From NCBI GenBank assembly GCA_903879715.1, contig CAIRMR010000154.1, positions 21,376-85,375 of the forward strand: DNA of 64,000 nt, given 5' to 3'. The stretch's first letter is position 1. Every line of letters starts with the position of its first letter. The notes under the pieces were generated by a model. It did not search any database, had not been told where the DNA came from, and saw nothing but the letters and a program-made list of their open reading frames with translations. This DNA is from an uncultured Bacteroidales bacterium. GTDB taxonomy: Bacteria; Bacteroidota; Bacteroidia; Bacteroidales; UBA4417. The translations under genes were made by a program, and so were the position numbers. Below, piece by piece: positions 16,694-27,202 of the stretch.

Positions 16694-17275
16694 ATGCAAA
16701 TCGCAATTATAAAATACAATGCAGGCAATATAAAATCTGTTGAAAACGCAGTCAAAAGATTGGGGTACGATTGTATAGTTACCGACAATCCGGAGCTTAT
16801 CAGAAACGCCGAAAAAGTTATATTCCCCGGCGTTGGCGAAGCAAGTTCGGCCATGCAATATTTAAAAAAACACCACCTGGATAGTCTGATCAAATCTTTA
16901 ACACAACCAACGCTCGGAATTTGCCTAGGTCAGCAGTTAATGTGCAAATATTCTGAAGAAAATGATACCGATTGCTTAGGCATCTTTGATGCAGACGTAA
17001 AAAAATTCCCACCTGAAGAACTGGTTCCGCATATGGGATGGAATAACATTGAAAACCTGAAAAGCGCTTTATTTAATGGAATCAGCGATGAGGATAATGT
17101 TTATTTCGTGCACAGCTATTATGCTGAACTGAGCCAAGAAACCATAGCTACATGCCAGTATATTCTGCCTTTCAGCGCTGCCATGCAGAAGGACAATTTC
17201 TACGCAACCCAGTTTCATCCTGAAAAATCAGCCTGGGTTGGTGAACGGATCTTAAAAAACTTTTTAGAATTATGA
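16694..17275 (+). CDS. hisH: Imidazole glycerol phosphate synthase, glutamine amidotransferase subunit
   Basis: 193 aa with the GATase-1 Cys context (LGICLGQQL) and a C-terminal FHPEKS motif. Confidence 0.95.
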   Translation: MQIAIIKYNAGNIKSVENAVKRLGYDCIVTDNPELIRNAEKVIFPGVGEASSAMQYLKKHHLDSLIKSLTQPTLGICLGQQLMCKYSEENDTDCLGIFDADVKKFPPEELVPHMGWNNIENLKSALFNGISDEDNVYFVHSYYAELSQETIATCQYILPFSAAMQKDNFYATQFHPEKSAWVGERILKNFLEL

Positions 17276-17985
17276 GAATTATTCCCGCAATAGATATAAT
17301 TGGTGGAAAGTGCGTCAGGCTTAGTAAAGGCGACTATTCCACAAAAAAAATATACAACGAAAGCCCTTTGGAAGTCGCCAAGGAATTTGAGGCCAATGGA
17401 ATTCAATTTCTGCACGTTGTGGATCTGGATGGAGCAAAATCGAACCATATTGTCAACTTCAAAGTTTTACACGAGATTGCCACCAAAACCAAACTGAAAG
17501 TCGATTTTGGCGGCGGGCTGAAAAGCAACGAAGACCTGAAAATTGCTTTCGAAAACGGAGCATCGCAGATTACAGGAGGAAGCATTGCCGTTAAAAATCC
17601 TGATCTTTTTCAGGAATGGCTTGCTATTTATGGGTCAGAAAAGATTATCCTCGGAGCCGATTGCATCGACAGGAAAATCGCCACTCATGGCTGGCTCGAA
17701 ACTTCTTCACTGGATGTAGTTGATTTTATCCTCGATTTTGAAGCGAAAGGCGTTCAATATGTTATTTGCACCGATATTTCGAAGGATGGTATGCTGGAGG
17801 GAACTTCAAACGAACTGTATGTTGAAATAATGGATAAAACCAAAATCAAACTGATTGCCAGCGGCGGGGTTACCTCAATTGAAGATGTCGAAAAGTTAAT
17901 TGAGATGGGTTGCGAAGGAGCCATTATCGGTAAAGCCATTTACGAGCAGAAAATAACACTGAAAGAATTAAGAAGATTATGCTGA
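17272..17985 (+). CDS. hisA: ProFAR isomerase
   Basis: 237 aa. [15 protein letters not shown] at the N-terminus is typical of HisA. It overlaps hisH by 4 nt. Confidence 0.95.
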   Translation: MRIIPAIDIIGGKCVRLSKGDYSTKKIYNESPLEVAKEFEANGIQFLHVVDLDGAKSNHIVNFKVLHEIATKTKLKVDFGGGLKSNEDLKIAFENGASQITGGSIAVKNPDLFQEWLAIYGSEKIILGADCIDRKIATHGWLETSSLDVVDFILDFEAKGVQYVICTDISKDGMLEGTSNELYVEIMDKTKIKLIASGGVTSIEDVEKLIEMGCEGAIIGKAIYEQKITLKELRRLC

Positions 17986-18737
17986 AAAAACGAATCATTC
18001 CCTGCCTCGATATCCGTGATGGACGAACTGTAAAGGGAATCAACTTTATTGATATCCGCGATGCCGGCGATCCGGTTGAACTGGCAAAACGTTATGTACA
18101 GGAAGGGGCCGACGAGCTGGTGTTCCTGGATATTACTGCCACGCACGAAAACCGCAAAACACTTTCAGCCCTGGTTGAGAAAATTTCCAGGGAAATCAAT
18201 ATTCCGTTTACTGTGGGTGGTGGAATCAACTCGCTGGCTGATGTTTCTGTAATTATTAAAGCTGGTGCCGATAAAGTAAGCATCAATTCATCCGCTGTAA
18301 AACGTCCTGAACTTATCACTGAAATTGCCGAGCAATTTGGCAGCCAGTGTGTGGTAGTAGCCATCGATACAAAATTCGTGAACAACGAATGGATCGTTTA
18401 TGTGCATGGTGGCAGAATTCCTACCTTACTCAAAACGATGGATTGGGTAAAACAGGTTGAAGAACTTGGAGCGGGCGAAATCTTACTTACTTCAATGAAC
18501 AACGATGGCATGAAAACCGGCTTTGCACTTGATATTACCAACGCAGTAAGCCAGGCAGTTAATATCCCTGTCATCGCTTCGGGCGGAGCAGGAACAAAGG
18601 AACATTTCAAGGAAGTTTTCAGTCAAACCAAAGCAAGTGCGGCCCTGGCTGCCAGCATTTTCCACTTCGGCGAAATCCCTATCCCCGATTTAAAAAACTA
18701 TTTACAAACCGAAAAAATACCTGTACGATGCTTATAG
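17979..18737 (+). CDS. hisF: Imidazole glycerol phosphate synthase, cyclase subunit
   Basis: 252 aa with [16 protein letters not shown] and [10 protein letters not shown] motifs. Confidence 0.95.
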   Translation: MLKKRIIPCLDIRDGRTVKGINFIDIRDAGDPVELAKRYVQEGADELVFLDITATHENRKTLSALVEKISREINIPFTVGGGINSLADVSVIIKAGADKVSINSSAVKRPELITEIAEQFGSQCVVVAIDTKFVNNEWIVYVHGGRIPTLLKTMDWVKQVEELGAGEILLTSMNNDGMKTGFALDITNAVSQAVNIPVIASGGAGTKEHFKEVFSQTKASAALAASIFHFGEIPIPDLKNYLQTEKIPVRCL

Positions 18738-19327
18738 ATTTCAGTAAAACTAACGGTTTAGTGCCGGTAATAATTCAGAATTATCAAAACCAGCAGGTTC
18801 TGATGCTTGGATATATGAATGAGGAAGCATTCGCAAAAACCCGGTCGGAAGGAAAGGTTACTTTTTTCAGCCGCAGCAAAAACAGGCTCTGGACAAAGGG
18901 CGAAACTTCGGGTAATTTCCTGATTGTGAAAGACATTCTTGTAGATTGCGATAATGATACCATCCTGATAAAAGCAGATCCTATCGGTCCAACCTGCCAC
19001 ACCGGGTCAACCACCTGTTTTAAAGACGAAACTGCAAAAGGGTTTTTATATGAGTTAGAGCAAACCATTCATCAACGTATAGATGAAAATGATGTGGATT
19101 CATACACCAATAAACTCTTCCGCAAAGGCATTAATAAAGTAGCCCAAAAAGTCGGTGAAGAAGCTGTTGAACTGGTAATTGAAGCCAAGGACGACAACGA
19201 AGATCTCTTTAAAAACGAAGCCGCCGACCTGCTTTATCACCTGCTGATTTTACTGAAAACAAAGAACGTAAAACTGGAAGATGTAGAACTTGTTTTAAAA
19301 AACAGGGTAAATCTGCCGCGGAGGTAA
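18728..19327 (+). CDS. hisIE: Bifunctional phosphoribosyl-AMP cyclohydrolase / phosphoribosyl-ATP pyrophosphatase
   Basis: 199 aa with an N-terminal HisI domain ([25 protein letters not shown]) and a C-terminal HisE domain ([26 protein letters not shown]). Confidence 0.95.
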   Translation: MLIDFSKTNGLVPVIIQNYQNQQVLMLGYMNEEAFAKTRSEGKVTFFSRSKNRLWTKGETSGNFLIVKDILVDCDNDTILIKADPIGPTCHTGSTTCFKDETAKGFLYELEQTIHQRIDENDVDSYTNKLFRKGINKVAQKVGEEAVELVIEAKDDNEDLFKNEAADLLYHLLILLKTKNVKLEDVELVLKNRVNLPRR

Positions 19328-19746
19328 AATTGCGATTTCATCATATTCTGAATATGTGTAAACTTACTACGCTTTCCCTCTAAAGATTTTTGTTATAAAG
19401 AATCCCGTATTCTATTAAAATTCATTGGGCCGGCAAACTGAAAGAAATCGTAATCCTGAGGAATATATAATTATCAGATAAGTTTTAAAAACTTCCAGGC
19501 GATTTCTTGTTTTGCATATCCTGCATGCATTCAATAAAAATTTGTAATCAGTTGTCGATGTGCCGGTTTAGGTTTTAAGAAACTGAGCCTGGATGGATAC
19601 AAACATGTTTGAGAATTAATTATGTTTAAAAGAATAAAAACAGGAAGAGTGTTGTAACTTTGGAATGAACATAGGAGCGGAATTAATTGTAAGCATATTC
19701 CGATGGCAGGGCTGATATGAAGTTATAAACTTTAAATTTTAGTCTT

Positions 19747-22473
19747 ATGAAACTGTATACTCTATTGATGGCAATTATATTTTTAATTGTTTCCGGCAAA
19801 GTTTTCTCCCACACCATTGTTGTAACAAATAGTAATGATAGTATCACCGGCTCTCTCAGAGATGCCATCAATAAAGCACAAAGCGGAGATACAATCAGGT
19901 TTGATAAGAGCCTGACTGAGATTAATTTAGGGGAACAAATTAATATCTATAAATCTATAACCATCTCTGGCAATCCTGGTTTGCTTATCCACGATAACCG
20001 ATGGGGTAGTACATCCACCTTAGTTCGCCGTTTTTTTGAAATAAAAGGTTCGGATTCAATTGTTGTCAATATAAATGACTTAAAGTTCGGAAAAAAGAAA
20101 CAAGACCTTGGTTTAGATACCATTAATAAGGATGGACAAATCATATTAATAGAAAACATTAAATCAACCGTAAATATTAAATTCTGCTATTTTGAGCCAG
20201 AACATTACTCTTTCATTGGAAGCATTCGTTGTTTTTATGCCCCCAATGGATCGCTTATGAGTGTGAATGGTAAAAATGGAGGAGCCATAGCGCAATATGG
20301 AGGGGATTTAAATATTTCAAACAGTACGTTTTCACAACTTGTAGCCGGGAATAGCTCCTATTGGGGAGCTGGAGGGGCAATTTGTCAATTTGGAGGTAAA
20401 TTGAAATTGGTAAATTGTACTTTTTATAAAAATTCAGCAGGTGTTAACTCCTGCGGCCACTTTTTGGGTGTTGGCTCAGCAATATATTCACAGAAAAGTA
20501 TTGTTTCTATTACAAATTGTACCTTTTGTGAACATCCTACCGATAATTTTTATATGCCTGTTCCGACTCCCTCAAATCCATACCCTAGTCCTGTGACTTC
20601 AACAACTTATACTATCATACTTGACAGTTCAGATTTAGTAATTAAGAATTCTATTTTTTACAATAATGATGGCAGAGATTTGGCTGGAGATGTAAATAGC
20701 ACATTCCGTTCAGGAGGATATAATATTTTTGACCAGACACTTTCTGTTAATGACGGCGCCTCTCCGACTGATCAGTTCAACTGTAATCCTGGTTTTATTC
20801 TGAAGAAATTTTGTGATGCCCCATATTGTAATACCGGGGTCGTTTTGTCAAGCAATACATTTTGGATACCTGTTTGCGCCCTTGATGCTGCCGGTCCCGC
20901 AATAGATGCCTTACCCTCCGATGGAAACGGAGCCCCTTTATACGACCAAAGAGGCCATGCACGGATTAACACGCCAGATATTGGCGCTTACGAATTTGAA
21001 GGCTGCATCCCGGCCGTAATGAAAGCAAAATGGAACACCACCAAATTTGGACAGAATTCATGGGCTTTCGATATAAGCGTAGTAGATGATAATGTTGTTT
21101 GGGTAAAGGACGCCAATTCGGATAGTATTTCAGTTACAACAAACGGTGGTGCTTCGTGGATAACAAAACCATTGCCCGTAATAGCCGGTTATATAAGAAC
21201 AGCAGGTGGAATTTGTGCTTTAAGTGATGTGAATGCTTACTATATTTTATCGTTAAGTGATGCGAAAGGAATATATATGACCACGGATGGAGGTAATACC
21301 TGGAATAAACAAACTACCGCTTTTACTGAAAGTAATTCATTCCCTGATGTTATTCATTTTTGGAATGAAAATGAAGGCGTTGCCATTGGTGATGCTTTAC
21401 CGAATTTCGAAATCTATACAACCTCAAATGGTGGAACACAATGGAATCGTGTACCTGATGCCAATATGCCCAATGGCAATACTGAAGGCACCTGGAATAG
21501 CCAGGGAGCTTATAAAGTTGTTGGTACTTCAATATTTTTTATCACCAGTTCGGCACGTATATTTAAATCTGTTGATAAGGGGAAAACATGGAGTGTAACT
21601 AATACGCCTTTTCATAATTCGGCAGATTCCACAATCACTTTCGATTTTAAAGATAATACTAATGGTTTAGTATCTTATTGTTCAAACGACGGCCTTCATC
21701 ATAAAATTTACAAAACAACCAATGGCGGACTAACCTGGGATAGCATCTCTACTTCAAATTTTTATCAGCGGATGAAGTATATTCCGGCTGCAAATGCTTA
21801 TTTCAGCATGAATATAAATGGCGGACTTTCCTATTCATGCGATGATGGTCAAACCTGGACAAGCGTTTCTTACTATAATGGAATAAAACTTCGAACTGTG
21901 GATTATTCCGTTAATGGTAAAATATTCTGGGGAGGGTTAGGATATATTTATTACTCTTCGCCTGTTCTGGCAATTTCTCCATATAATCTGACAATTGCTG
22001 CCCCGGCAAACAGTACCCAGACATTTACTATTGAATCGACTACAGACTGGTTCGTAGCAAGTAATCAAACCTGGTTAGCAGTCAGCAGCAGCACAGGTAG
22101 CGGGAATTCAACAATAATAGTAACTGTGGCAGCAAACCCAGTGGCAGCGTCAAGAACTGCCACCATTACAGTTTCAGGAACCGGAGTAGCAACCCAAACC
22201 ATAACTGTCACCCAACAAGGCATAAGTACAAGCCTGCCAGCCATTGCAGAAAAGGATTTTTTAATTTATCCTAATCCGGCAGGTTCAGTTTTGTATTTCA
22301 GTTCCAAAGCTGAAACCACTCGGATTTCTATTTTTGATATATATGGCAAACTGGTTTTAGATCAGAAAGTTAACAGTGATCAGATTGATATAGGCAATTT
22401 GCGAAATGGCGTTTATACCATCAAAATCAGAAACCCGAAAGGAATTGTTACGAAGAAATTTATAAAGCAATAG
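19747..22473 (+). CDS. Multidomain T9SS cargo protein: beta-helix region, BNR/Ycf48-like propeller repeats, BACON domain, T9SS C-terminal sorting domain
   Basis: 908 aa with a signal peptide. It carries repeated xTxGGxTW motifs (TTNGGASW, TTDGGNTW, TSNGGTQW, VDKGKTW, TTNGGLTW, CDDGQTW), a BACON-like segment (TDWFVASNQTWLAVSSSTGSGNSTIIVTVAANPVAASRTATITVSG), and a C-terminal domain (YPNPAGSVLYF...GVYTIKI). Confidence 0.85.
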   Translation: MKLYTLLMAIIFLIVSGKVFSHTIVVTNSNDSITGSLRDAINKAQSGDTIRFDKSLTEINLGEQINIYKSITISGNPGLLIHDNRWGSTSTLVRRFFEIKGSDSIVVNINDLKFGKKKQDLGLDTINKDGQIILIENIKSTVNIKFCYFEPEHYSFIGSIRCFYAPNGSLMSVNGKNGGAIAQYGGDLNISNSTFSQLVAGNSSYWGAGGAICQFGGKLKLVNCTFYKNSAGVNSCGHFLGVGSAIYSQKSIVSITNCTFCEHPTDNFYMPVPTPSNPYPSPVTSTTYTIILDSSDLVIKNSIFYNNDGRDLAGDVNSTFRSGGYNIFDQTLSVNDGASPTDQFNCNPGFILKKFCDAPYCNTGVVLSSNTFWIPVCALDAAGPAIDALPSDGNGAPLYDQRGHARINTPDIGAYEFEGCIPAVMKAKWNTTKFGQNSWAFDISVVDDNVVWVKDANSDSISVTTNGGASWITKPLPVIAGYIRTAGGICALSDVNAYYILSLSDAKGIYMTTDGGNTWNKQTTAFTESNSFPDVIHFWNENEGVAIGDALPNFEIYTTSNGGTQWNRVPDANMPNGNTEGTWNSQGAYKVVGTSIFFITSSARIFKSVDKGKTWSVTNTPFHNSADSTITFDFKDNTNGLVSYCSNDGLHHKIYKTTNGGLTWDSISTSNFYQRMKYIPAANAYFSMNINGGLSYSCDDGQTWTSVSYYNGIKLRTVDYSVNGKIFWGGLGYIYYSSPVLAISPYNLTIAAPANSTQTFTIESTTDWFVASNQTWLAVSSSTGSGNSTIIVTVAANPVAASRTATITVSGTGVATQTITVTQQGISTSLPAIAEKDFLIYPNPAGSVLYFSSKAETTRISIFDIYGKLVLDQKVNSDQIDIGNLRNGVYTIKIRNPKGIVTKKFIKQ

Positions 22474-22600
22474 ATTGATTTAGAATCATAACTGAGCAGT
22501 TACTTTCCTGCTCAAAATGCTGACTTGAGTTTACGAATCGCCCTTCTGGCTGCAAAATATCTCATTTTCAATGAGTTCGTATTTGTATCAATAAAAACAC

Positions 22601-22608
22601 TACCTTTG
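22601..22608 (+). promoter_or_regulatory. Candidate -7 box (TAnnTTTG) giving a ~190-nt leader for the helicase gene
   Basis: tacctttg at 22601-22608. The helicase ATG is at 22803. Confidence 0.4.
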
Positions 22609-22802
22609 CCGCATTAACTGACATTCGCAATCTAAGACGCGCGAACCGGGGATCAACCCTATGAATGTTGCCTTGAACTCTTCAGGGCAATTAATTTGGG
22701 AATGCTTATTCCCAATTTCTACCGATTAAAACTTTACCCTGCGAAAGAATTTCTGAGAACCTTGTCTGTTCTCTTAATTTATATTTCATTACTAAACCAT
22801 TT

Positions 22803-24059
22803 ATGCAATTCGAATCACTTAACATCATTGAACCCATTTTAAAAGCTGTAAAAGAAGAAGGTTACACCATTCCAACACCTATACAAGCAGAATCAATACC
22901 CATTATTTTACGAGGCAACGACCTTATCGGTAGTGCACAAACAGGAACCGGGAAAACGGCAGCCTTTGCCATTCCTATCCTGCAATTACTCAGCGCGAAT
23001 AAAGTTTACGACCGGAAACGGAAAATACGCAGCCTTATTGTAACGCCAACACGTGAACTTGCCATACAAATCGGCGAAAGCTTTAGTGCCTATGGCCGAC
23101 ATACAGGATTAACCAATACCGTGATTTTCGGTGGTGTTAATCAAAACCCGCAAACAAACACCTTGCTTCGCGGTGTGGATATTGTTATCGCCACACCAGG
23201 CCGTCTTCTGGACCTTATAAACCAGGGATTTATGAACCTGCGTGATGTTGAAATCCTGGTTTTGGATGAAGCCGACCGTATGCTCGATATGGGATTTATT
23301 CACGATGTGAAAAGAATAATAGCCCTGGTCCCTAAAAAGAGACAGTCGCTTTTCTTCTCAGCTACTATGCCGGCAGAAATCGTGAAGCTTGCGGCAACCA
23401 TTTTGTCAAATCCATTAAGGGTTTCGGTTACACCGGTTTCGTCAACAGTCGACATTATAAATCAGTATATTTATTTTGTGGATAAAGGGAATAAACCATC
23501 CTTACTTGTTAATATTCTGAGGGACGAAAACATAAAAACCGCTCTTGTTTTTACCCGTACCAAGCACGGTGCCGATAAAGTGGTGAAAATCCTGCAGAAG
23601 AACAATATTACAGCTGAAGCGATTCATGGCAACAAGGCACAGAATGCCCGTCAGCGTGCACTAAATAATTTTAAAGCACAAACTACCCGTGTTTTGGTAG
23701 CAACTGATATTGCCGCCCGTGGAATTGATGTGGATGACCTGGAATATGTGATCAATTTCGAGATGTCGAATATTGCCGAAACCTACGTTCACCGCATCGG
23801 ACGGACCGGAAGAGCCGGTGCCAAAGGAACCGCTTATTCGTTTTGCGATGCCGAGGAAAAGGAATTTTTGCGCGACGTTGAAAAGCTAATAAACAAAAGA
23901 ATTCCCATTATCGATAATCATCCGTTCCCGTTGATGGATCATAATCCTGTAAAGGAAAAGAAGCAACAGGGAAGAGGAAATTCAGGCCACCAGGCACCAA
24001 GACCGGCAGCTGCATCCAATACCAGAAGATGGGCGGGAAGATCGAATAGTTCGAGGTAA
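22803..24059 (+). CDS. DEAD-box ATP-dependent RNA helicase (RhlE-like) with basic C-terminal tail
   Basis: Motifs AQTGTGKT, PTRELA, DEAD, SAT and HRIGRTGRAG are present. Confidence 0.95.
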   Translation: MQFESLNIIEPILKAVKEEGYTIPTPIQAESIPIILRGNDLIGSAQTGTGKTAAFAIPILQLLSANKVYDRKRKIRSLIVTPTRELAIQIGESFSAYGRHTGLTNTVIFGGVNQNPQTNTLLRGVDIVIATPGRLLDLINQGFMNLRDVEILVLDEADRMLDMGFIHDVKRIIALVPKKRQSLFFSATMPAEIVKLAATILSNPLRVSVTPVSSTVDIINQYIYFVDKGNKPSLLVNILRDENIKTALVFTRTKHGADKVVKILQKNNITAEAIHGNKAQNARQRALNNFKAQTTRVLVATDIAARGIDVDDLEYVINFEMSNIAETYVHRIGRTGRAGAKGTAYSFCDAEEKEFLRDVEKLINKRIPIIDNHPFPLMDHNPVKEKKQQGRGNSGHQAPRPAAASNTRRWAGRSNSSR

Positions 24060-24119
24060 GATTCTGTTTTGAATTGCTCGTTGATTTCAGTGGTAGACTT
24101 TTGAAAACTGAAGGTCTAC

Positions 24120-24428
24120 TCACTTTTTCTTAAAAACAGGATTGTTCGAAAGCAATCTTGAGCTGTGATGAACTGTCAGAATAGAAGCAGATTCTTTCGC
24201 TTTGGTTCGATAAATAATCCGGTAGTTGCCGGTAATAATTCCTCTGGTATCGTTTTGTCCAACTTCCGGAACAATCCTTCCGATTAACCGATTGGCTTCA
24301 ATAATTTCTGCCATTTCGATCAGTTTTTCAAGCGTCAATTTTGCATATTTTAAGGAATCTTTGGAGATATATTCTCCGATTTCTTCAAGGTCTTTCAACG
24401 ATCGGGCTGTCCATATTACTTTAACCAT
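24120..24428 (-). CDS. Type II toxin, RelE/ParE superfamily
   Basis: 102 aa with a typical ParE-like N-terminus (VIWTARSLKDLEEIGEYISKDS) and C-terminus (YRIIYR...ILTVHHSSR). It overlaps the upstream small gene by 13 nt. Confidence 0.8.
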   Translation of the reverse strand: MVKVIWTARSLKDLEEIGEYISKDSLKYAKLTLEKLIEMAEIIEANRLIGRIVPEVGQNDTRGIITGNYRIIYRTKAKESASILTVHHSSRLLSNNPVFKKK

Positions 24429-24598
24429 TTGTTAAGCTTATCTTTAACCTCTTCTGTTGTATAAACATTCCCGTCTTCAACATCCTTTAATCCCTGTTCA
24501 ATCTTATCCAGCATAATCATTCTATCAATCACCTGGTCAATAGTTAAATTATCAGGCAATGTATCTATAGACTTCTTTATTTTTTCTTTTGTAAGCAT
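24416..24598 (-). CDS. Putative cognate antitoxin
   Basis: 60 aa and acidic. It lies immediately upstream of the ParE-like gene and overlaps it. Confidence 0.6.
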   Translation of the reverse strand: MLTKEKIKKSIDTLPDNLTIDQVIDRMIMLDKIEQGLKDVEDGNVYTTEEVKDKLNKWLK

Positions 24599-24645
24599 GT
24601 TTTTCCTTTTTACAAATCTAAGGCTTTTTTGGTAGAAGTATTGCT

Positions 24646-25218
24646 CTATTTTTGCTTATTTCTTACATCCATTCGTGCCTGCGACATACGTTCGCGTAAG
24701 CCGCCTTCCTCCAAAAATTCTTTTTCCAGGGTTTTAATTTGCTGTGCAAGCAGGTAAGAAGTTACATTTATCAAACTTATTAAAACATTTGCTGAAACTT
24801 CAGGATCGGGACTTTCAATTCCTTTTCTGTACGTTTCGTAAGTGGCGTCAGGTATTTTGTGTTTTAGGGTAAGTTTTGGATAATAGGGATGTGATTTGTC
24901 CCAATATGTCAGTTTGTTGTTTCGCAAATAATCTTTGTAGTCAATCAACAATTCCTCTAATGATGCTCGTGCAACATTGGTGAGTTTTATTTCCATTTCC
25001 TTTGAAGTGCCGGAAGCCATACTGGCCTCTGCGATATTCTGTTTCCCTGAACGGGCTGCCTGTACCATTTGATCAATGGTTCGGTCGTATGGGTGAAAGT
25101 ATTTTTTAGTGAAATATTTCGTTCCGTCAAATATTATTTCTGCTTTCTGGTAGGTTATCAAACGTTCGTAACCTCCATATTTGGGAATAAATCCATCGGG
25201 GTTGTATTGTTTGCCCAT
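24646..25218 (-). CDS. Four-helix-bundle protein with C-terminal suffix domain (TIGR02436 plus TIGR04258-like)
   Basis: 190 aa. The motifs DQMVQAARSGKQNIAEAS and ARASLEELLIDYKDYL are typical of this subfamily as I recall it. Confidence 0.7.
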   Translation of the reverse strand: MGKQYNPDGFIPKYGGYERLITYQKAEIIFDGTKYFTKKYFHPYDRTIDQMVQAARSGKQNIAEASMASGTSKEMEIKLTNVARASLEELLIDYKDYLRNNKLTYWDKSHPYYPKLTLKHKIPDATYETYRKGIESPDPEVSANVLISLINVTSYLLAQQIKTLEKEFLEEGGLRERMSQARMDVRNKQK

Positions 25219-25268
25219 GGGTGTTCTATTTAATTATTACACTCTTGTTTATTTCGGGGGACAATCAA

Positions 25269-25303
25269 GACAATTAAGACAGTGAATCACTGTCTTAATT
25301 GTC
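25269..25303 (-). terminator. Perfect 16-bp hairpin built on AGACAAT-type units, between recJ and the 4HB-suffix gene
   Basis: gacaattaagacagtg / cactgtcttaattgtc with a 3-nt loop. It is preceded by the direct units gacaatca agacaatt aagacagt. Confidence 0.55.
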
Positions 25304-25346
25304 ACCAAAGTCGTCATAAATTAAAGATAACATTAAAACCACCCTA

Positions 25347-27122
25347 CTAACTCTCATCACAAAACCTTATATCCTTAATATTTAATTGGATATTCTTTAC
25401 CCCGTTCCATTCGTTTTCCTCGATATGGTAACAGATATTCATGCTTTGACCTTTTTGAATCAAATCAAATTTTTCGCCCTGCTGGAAAGCAATTCCCGAA
25501 TATGGATCACTACGTACGGATTCCTGGTAAACAGTCATTTTAACATGATTTTTGCCCACAATACGGGCATGGCCGGAATCAACCGTATCGCGTGTCATAA
25601 AAACCGGTGACATATTACCCGGTCCAAAAGGAGCGAACTGCTTAAGAATCCGCAGGAATTTGGGCGTGATCTGGTTCAGGTTCACTTCAAGGTCAACTTC
25701 CACTTCCGGAATCAACATTTCATCAGTAATACTGGCTGAAACAATTGAATTAAACCTTTCCCTGAAAGGTTTCAGATTTTCAGGTTTCATGGATAATCCA
25801 GCCGCGTACATATGCCCGCCAAAGTGTTCGAGCAAATCACTGCACGCATCTATGGCATCATAAACATCAAAATCTTTCACCGATCGGGCTGATCCGGTTA
25901 TCAATCCGTTCGATTGGGTTAATACTACCGTTGGGCGGTAATAGGATTCCGTTAGCCGTGAGGCAACAATTCCAATCACGCCCTTGTGCCAGTCGGGGTT
26001 AAAAACCACCGTGGCCCTTGCCTTGCGAAGTTTATCATCTTTATTAATAATATCGAGGGCTTCAAGCGTAATCTGTGTATCCAGGGTACGACGTTCAGTA
26101 TTAAAATCGTTGATGGTCTGGGCTATACTGACGGCTGTTTCCATATCAGGCGAGACCAGCAGTTTTACTGAATTACGGCCGCTTTCGATACGCCCGGCGG
26201 CATTTATACGCGGCCCAACCACGAAAACCATATCACTGATAGTGAGTTCCCGGCTGAAAAGTAAACCAGCTTCAAGCCCTTCTTTCATAATTTCTTCTTC
26301 AGGTTTGCGGACTATATTGGCAACACCTAATATGGATTCAATTCCCGGTCGAGGATTTGTATTAATTAGTTTTAATCCAAAATGAGCCAGGATACGGTTT
26401 TCGCCAATAATAGGAACTATATCAGAGGCGATGCTGATAGTTACCAGGTCGAGAAATTTATATAAACTATCGAAAGAAATATCATGTGTTTGTGCATACG
26501 CCTGTATCAGTTTAAAGCCAACACCACATCCGCAAAGTTCATCGAAAGGATAGGTGGAATCAATTCTTTTGGCATCAAGTACTGCAACGGCATCAGGAAG
26601 TTCGTCGCCTGGCCTGTGGTGATCGCAGATAATGAAATCAATACCGCGTTCGTTTGCGTATTTTATTTTGTCAACAGACTTTATGCCACAATCGAGAGCT
26701 ATGATCAGTGCAAAATTTTCCTTCTGGGCATAATCAATTCCCTGGAATGAAATACCATATCCTTCGCTGTACCTATCAGGAATATAATAATCAAGGTGTT
26801 CAAATCCGTTTTCTTTCAGAAAAGCATATACCAGCGCAACAGCCGTGGTTCCATCCACATCGTAATCGCCGTAAACCATTATTTTCTGGTTGTTGGCTTT
26901 GGCAGATTCAATACGATTGATAGCCTTGTCCATGTCGTTAAGCAGAAAAGGATCATGTAGCTGGGACAAGTCGGGCCGGAAAAATGCTTTCGCTTCCTCA
27001 AAACTGGTAACCCCGCGTTGCACCAGCAATTCAGCAAGAGCGTTTTCAATCCCCAATTCTCCGGCAATACCCGAAACCAGGGATGAGTCACCTTTTTGCT
27101 TTAGTACCCAGCGTTTTTCCAT
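25347..27122 (-). CDS. recJ: Single-stranded-DNA-specific exonuclease RecJ
   Basis: DHH motifs (DYDVDGTT, DCG, ICDHH) and a DHHA1 domain. I prefer the ATG at 27122 (MEKRWVLK) over the ORF-track start at 27200. Confidence 0.9.
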   Translation of the reverse strand: MEKRWVLKQKGDSSLVSGIAGELGIENALAELLVQRGVTSFEEAKAFFRPDLSQLHDPFLLNDMDKAINRIESAKANNQKIMVYGDYDVDGTTAVALVYAFLKENGFEHLDYYIPDRYSEGYGISFQGIDYAQKENFALIIALDCGIKSVDKIKYANERGIDFIICDHHRPGDELPDAVAVLDAKRIDSTYPFDELCGCGVGFKLIQAYAQTHDISFDSLYKFLDLVTISIASDIVPIIGENRILAHFGLKLINTNPRPGIESILGVANIVRKPEEEIMKEGLEAGLLFSRELTISDMVFVVGPRINAAGRIESGRNSVKLLVSPDMETAVSIAQTINDFNTERRTLDTQITLEALDIINKDDKLRKARATVVFNPDWHKGVIGIVASRLTESYYRPTVVLTQSNGLITGSARSVKDFDVYDAIDACSDLLEHFGGHMYAAGLSMKPENLKPFRERFNSIVSASITDEMLIPEVEVDLEVNLNQITPKFLRILKQFAPFGPGNMSPVFMTRDTVDSGHARIVGKNHVKMTVYQESVRSDPYSGIAFQQGEKFDLIQKGQSMNICYHIEENEWNGVKNIQLNIKDIRFCDES

Positions 27123-27202
27123 AGAGTAAGCCCTTAGGCAAAAATATAATAATAATTGTAAAATGGAATTGCTTTTTTTGATTAAATCCTCAAAAAGCAA
27201 TA

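Noticed and set aside
27123-27200. Longer N-termini given in the ORF track for recJ (here), hisB (15056), the DUF2752 gene (41100), the MocR regulator (49589) and FecR (4019)
   Set aside because: The upstream extensions overlap neighbouring genes or repeat arms and lack family-like sequence. Internal ATGs coincide with the onset of recognisable homology.
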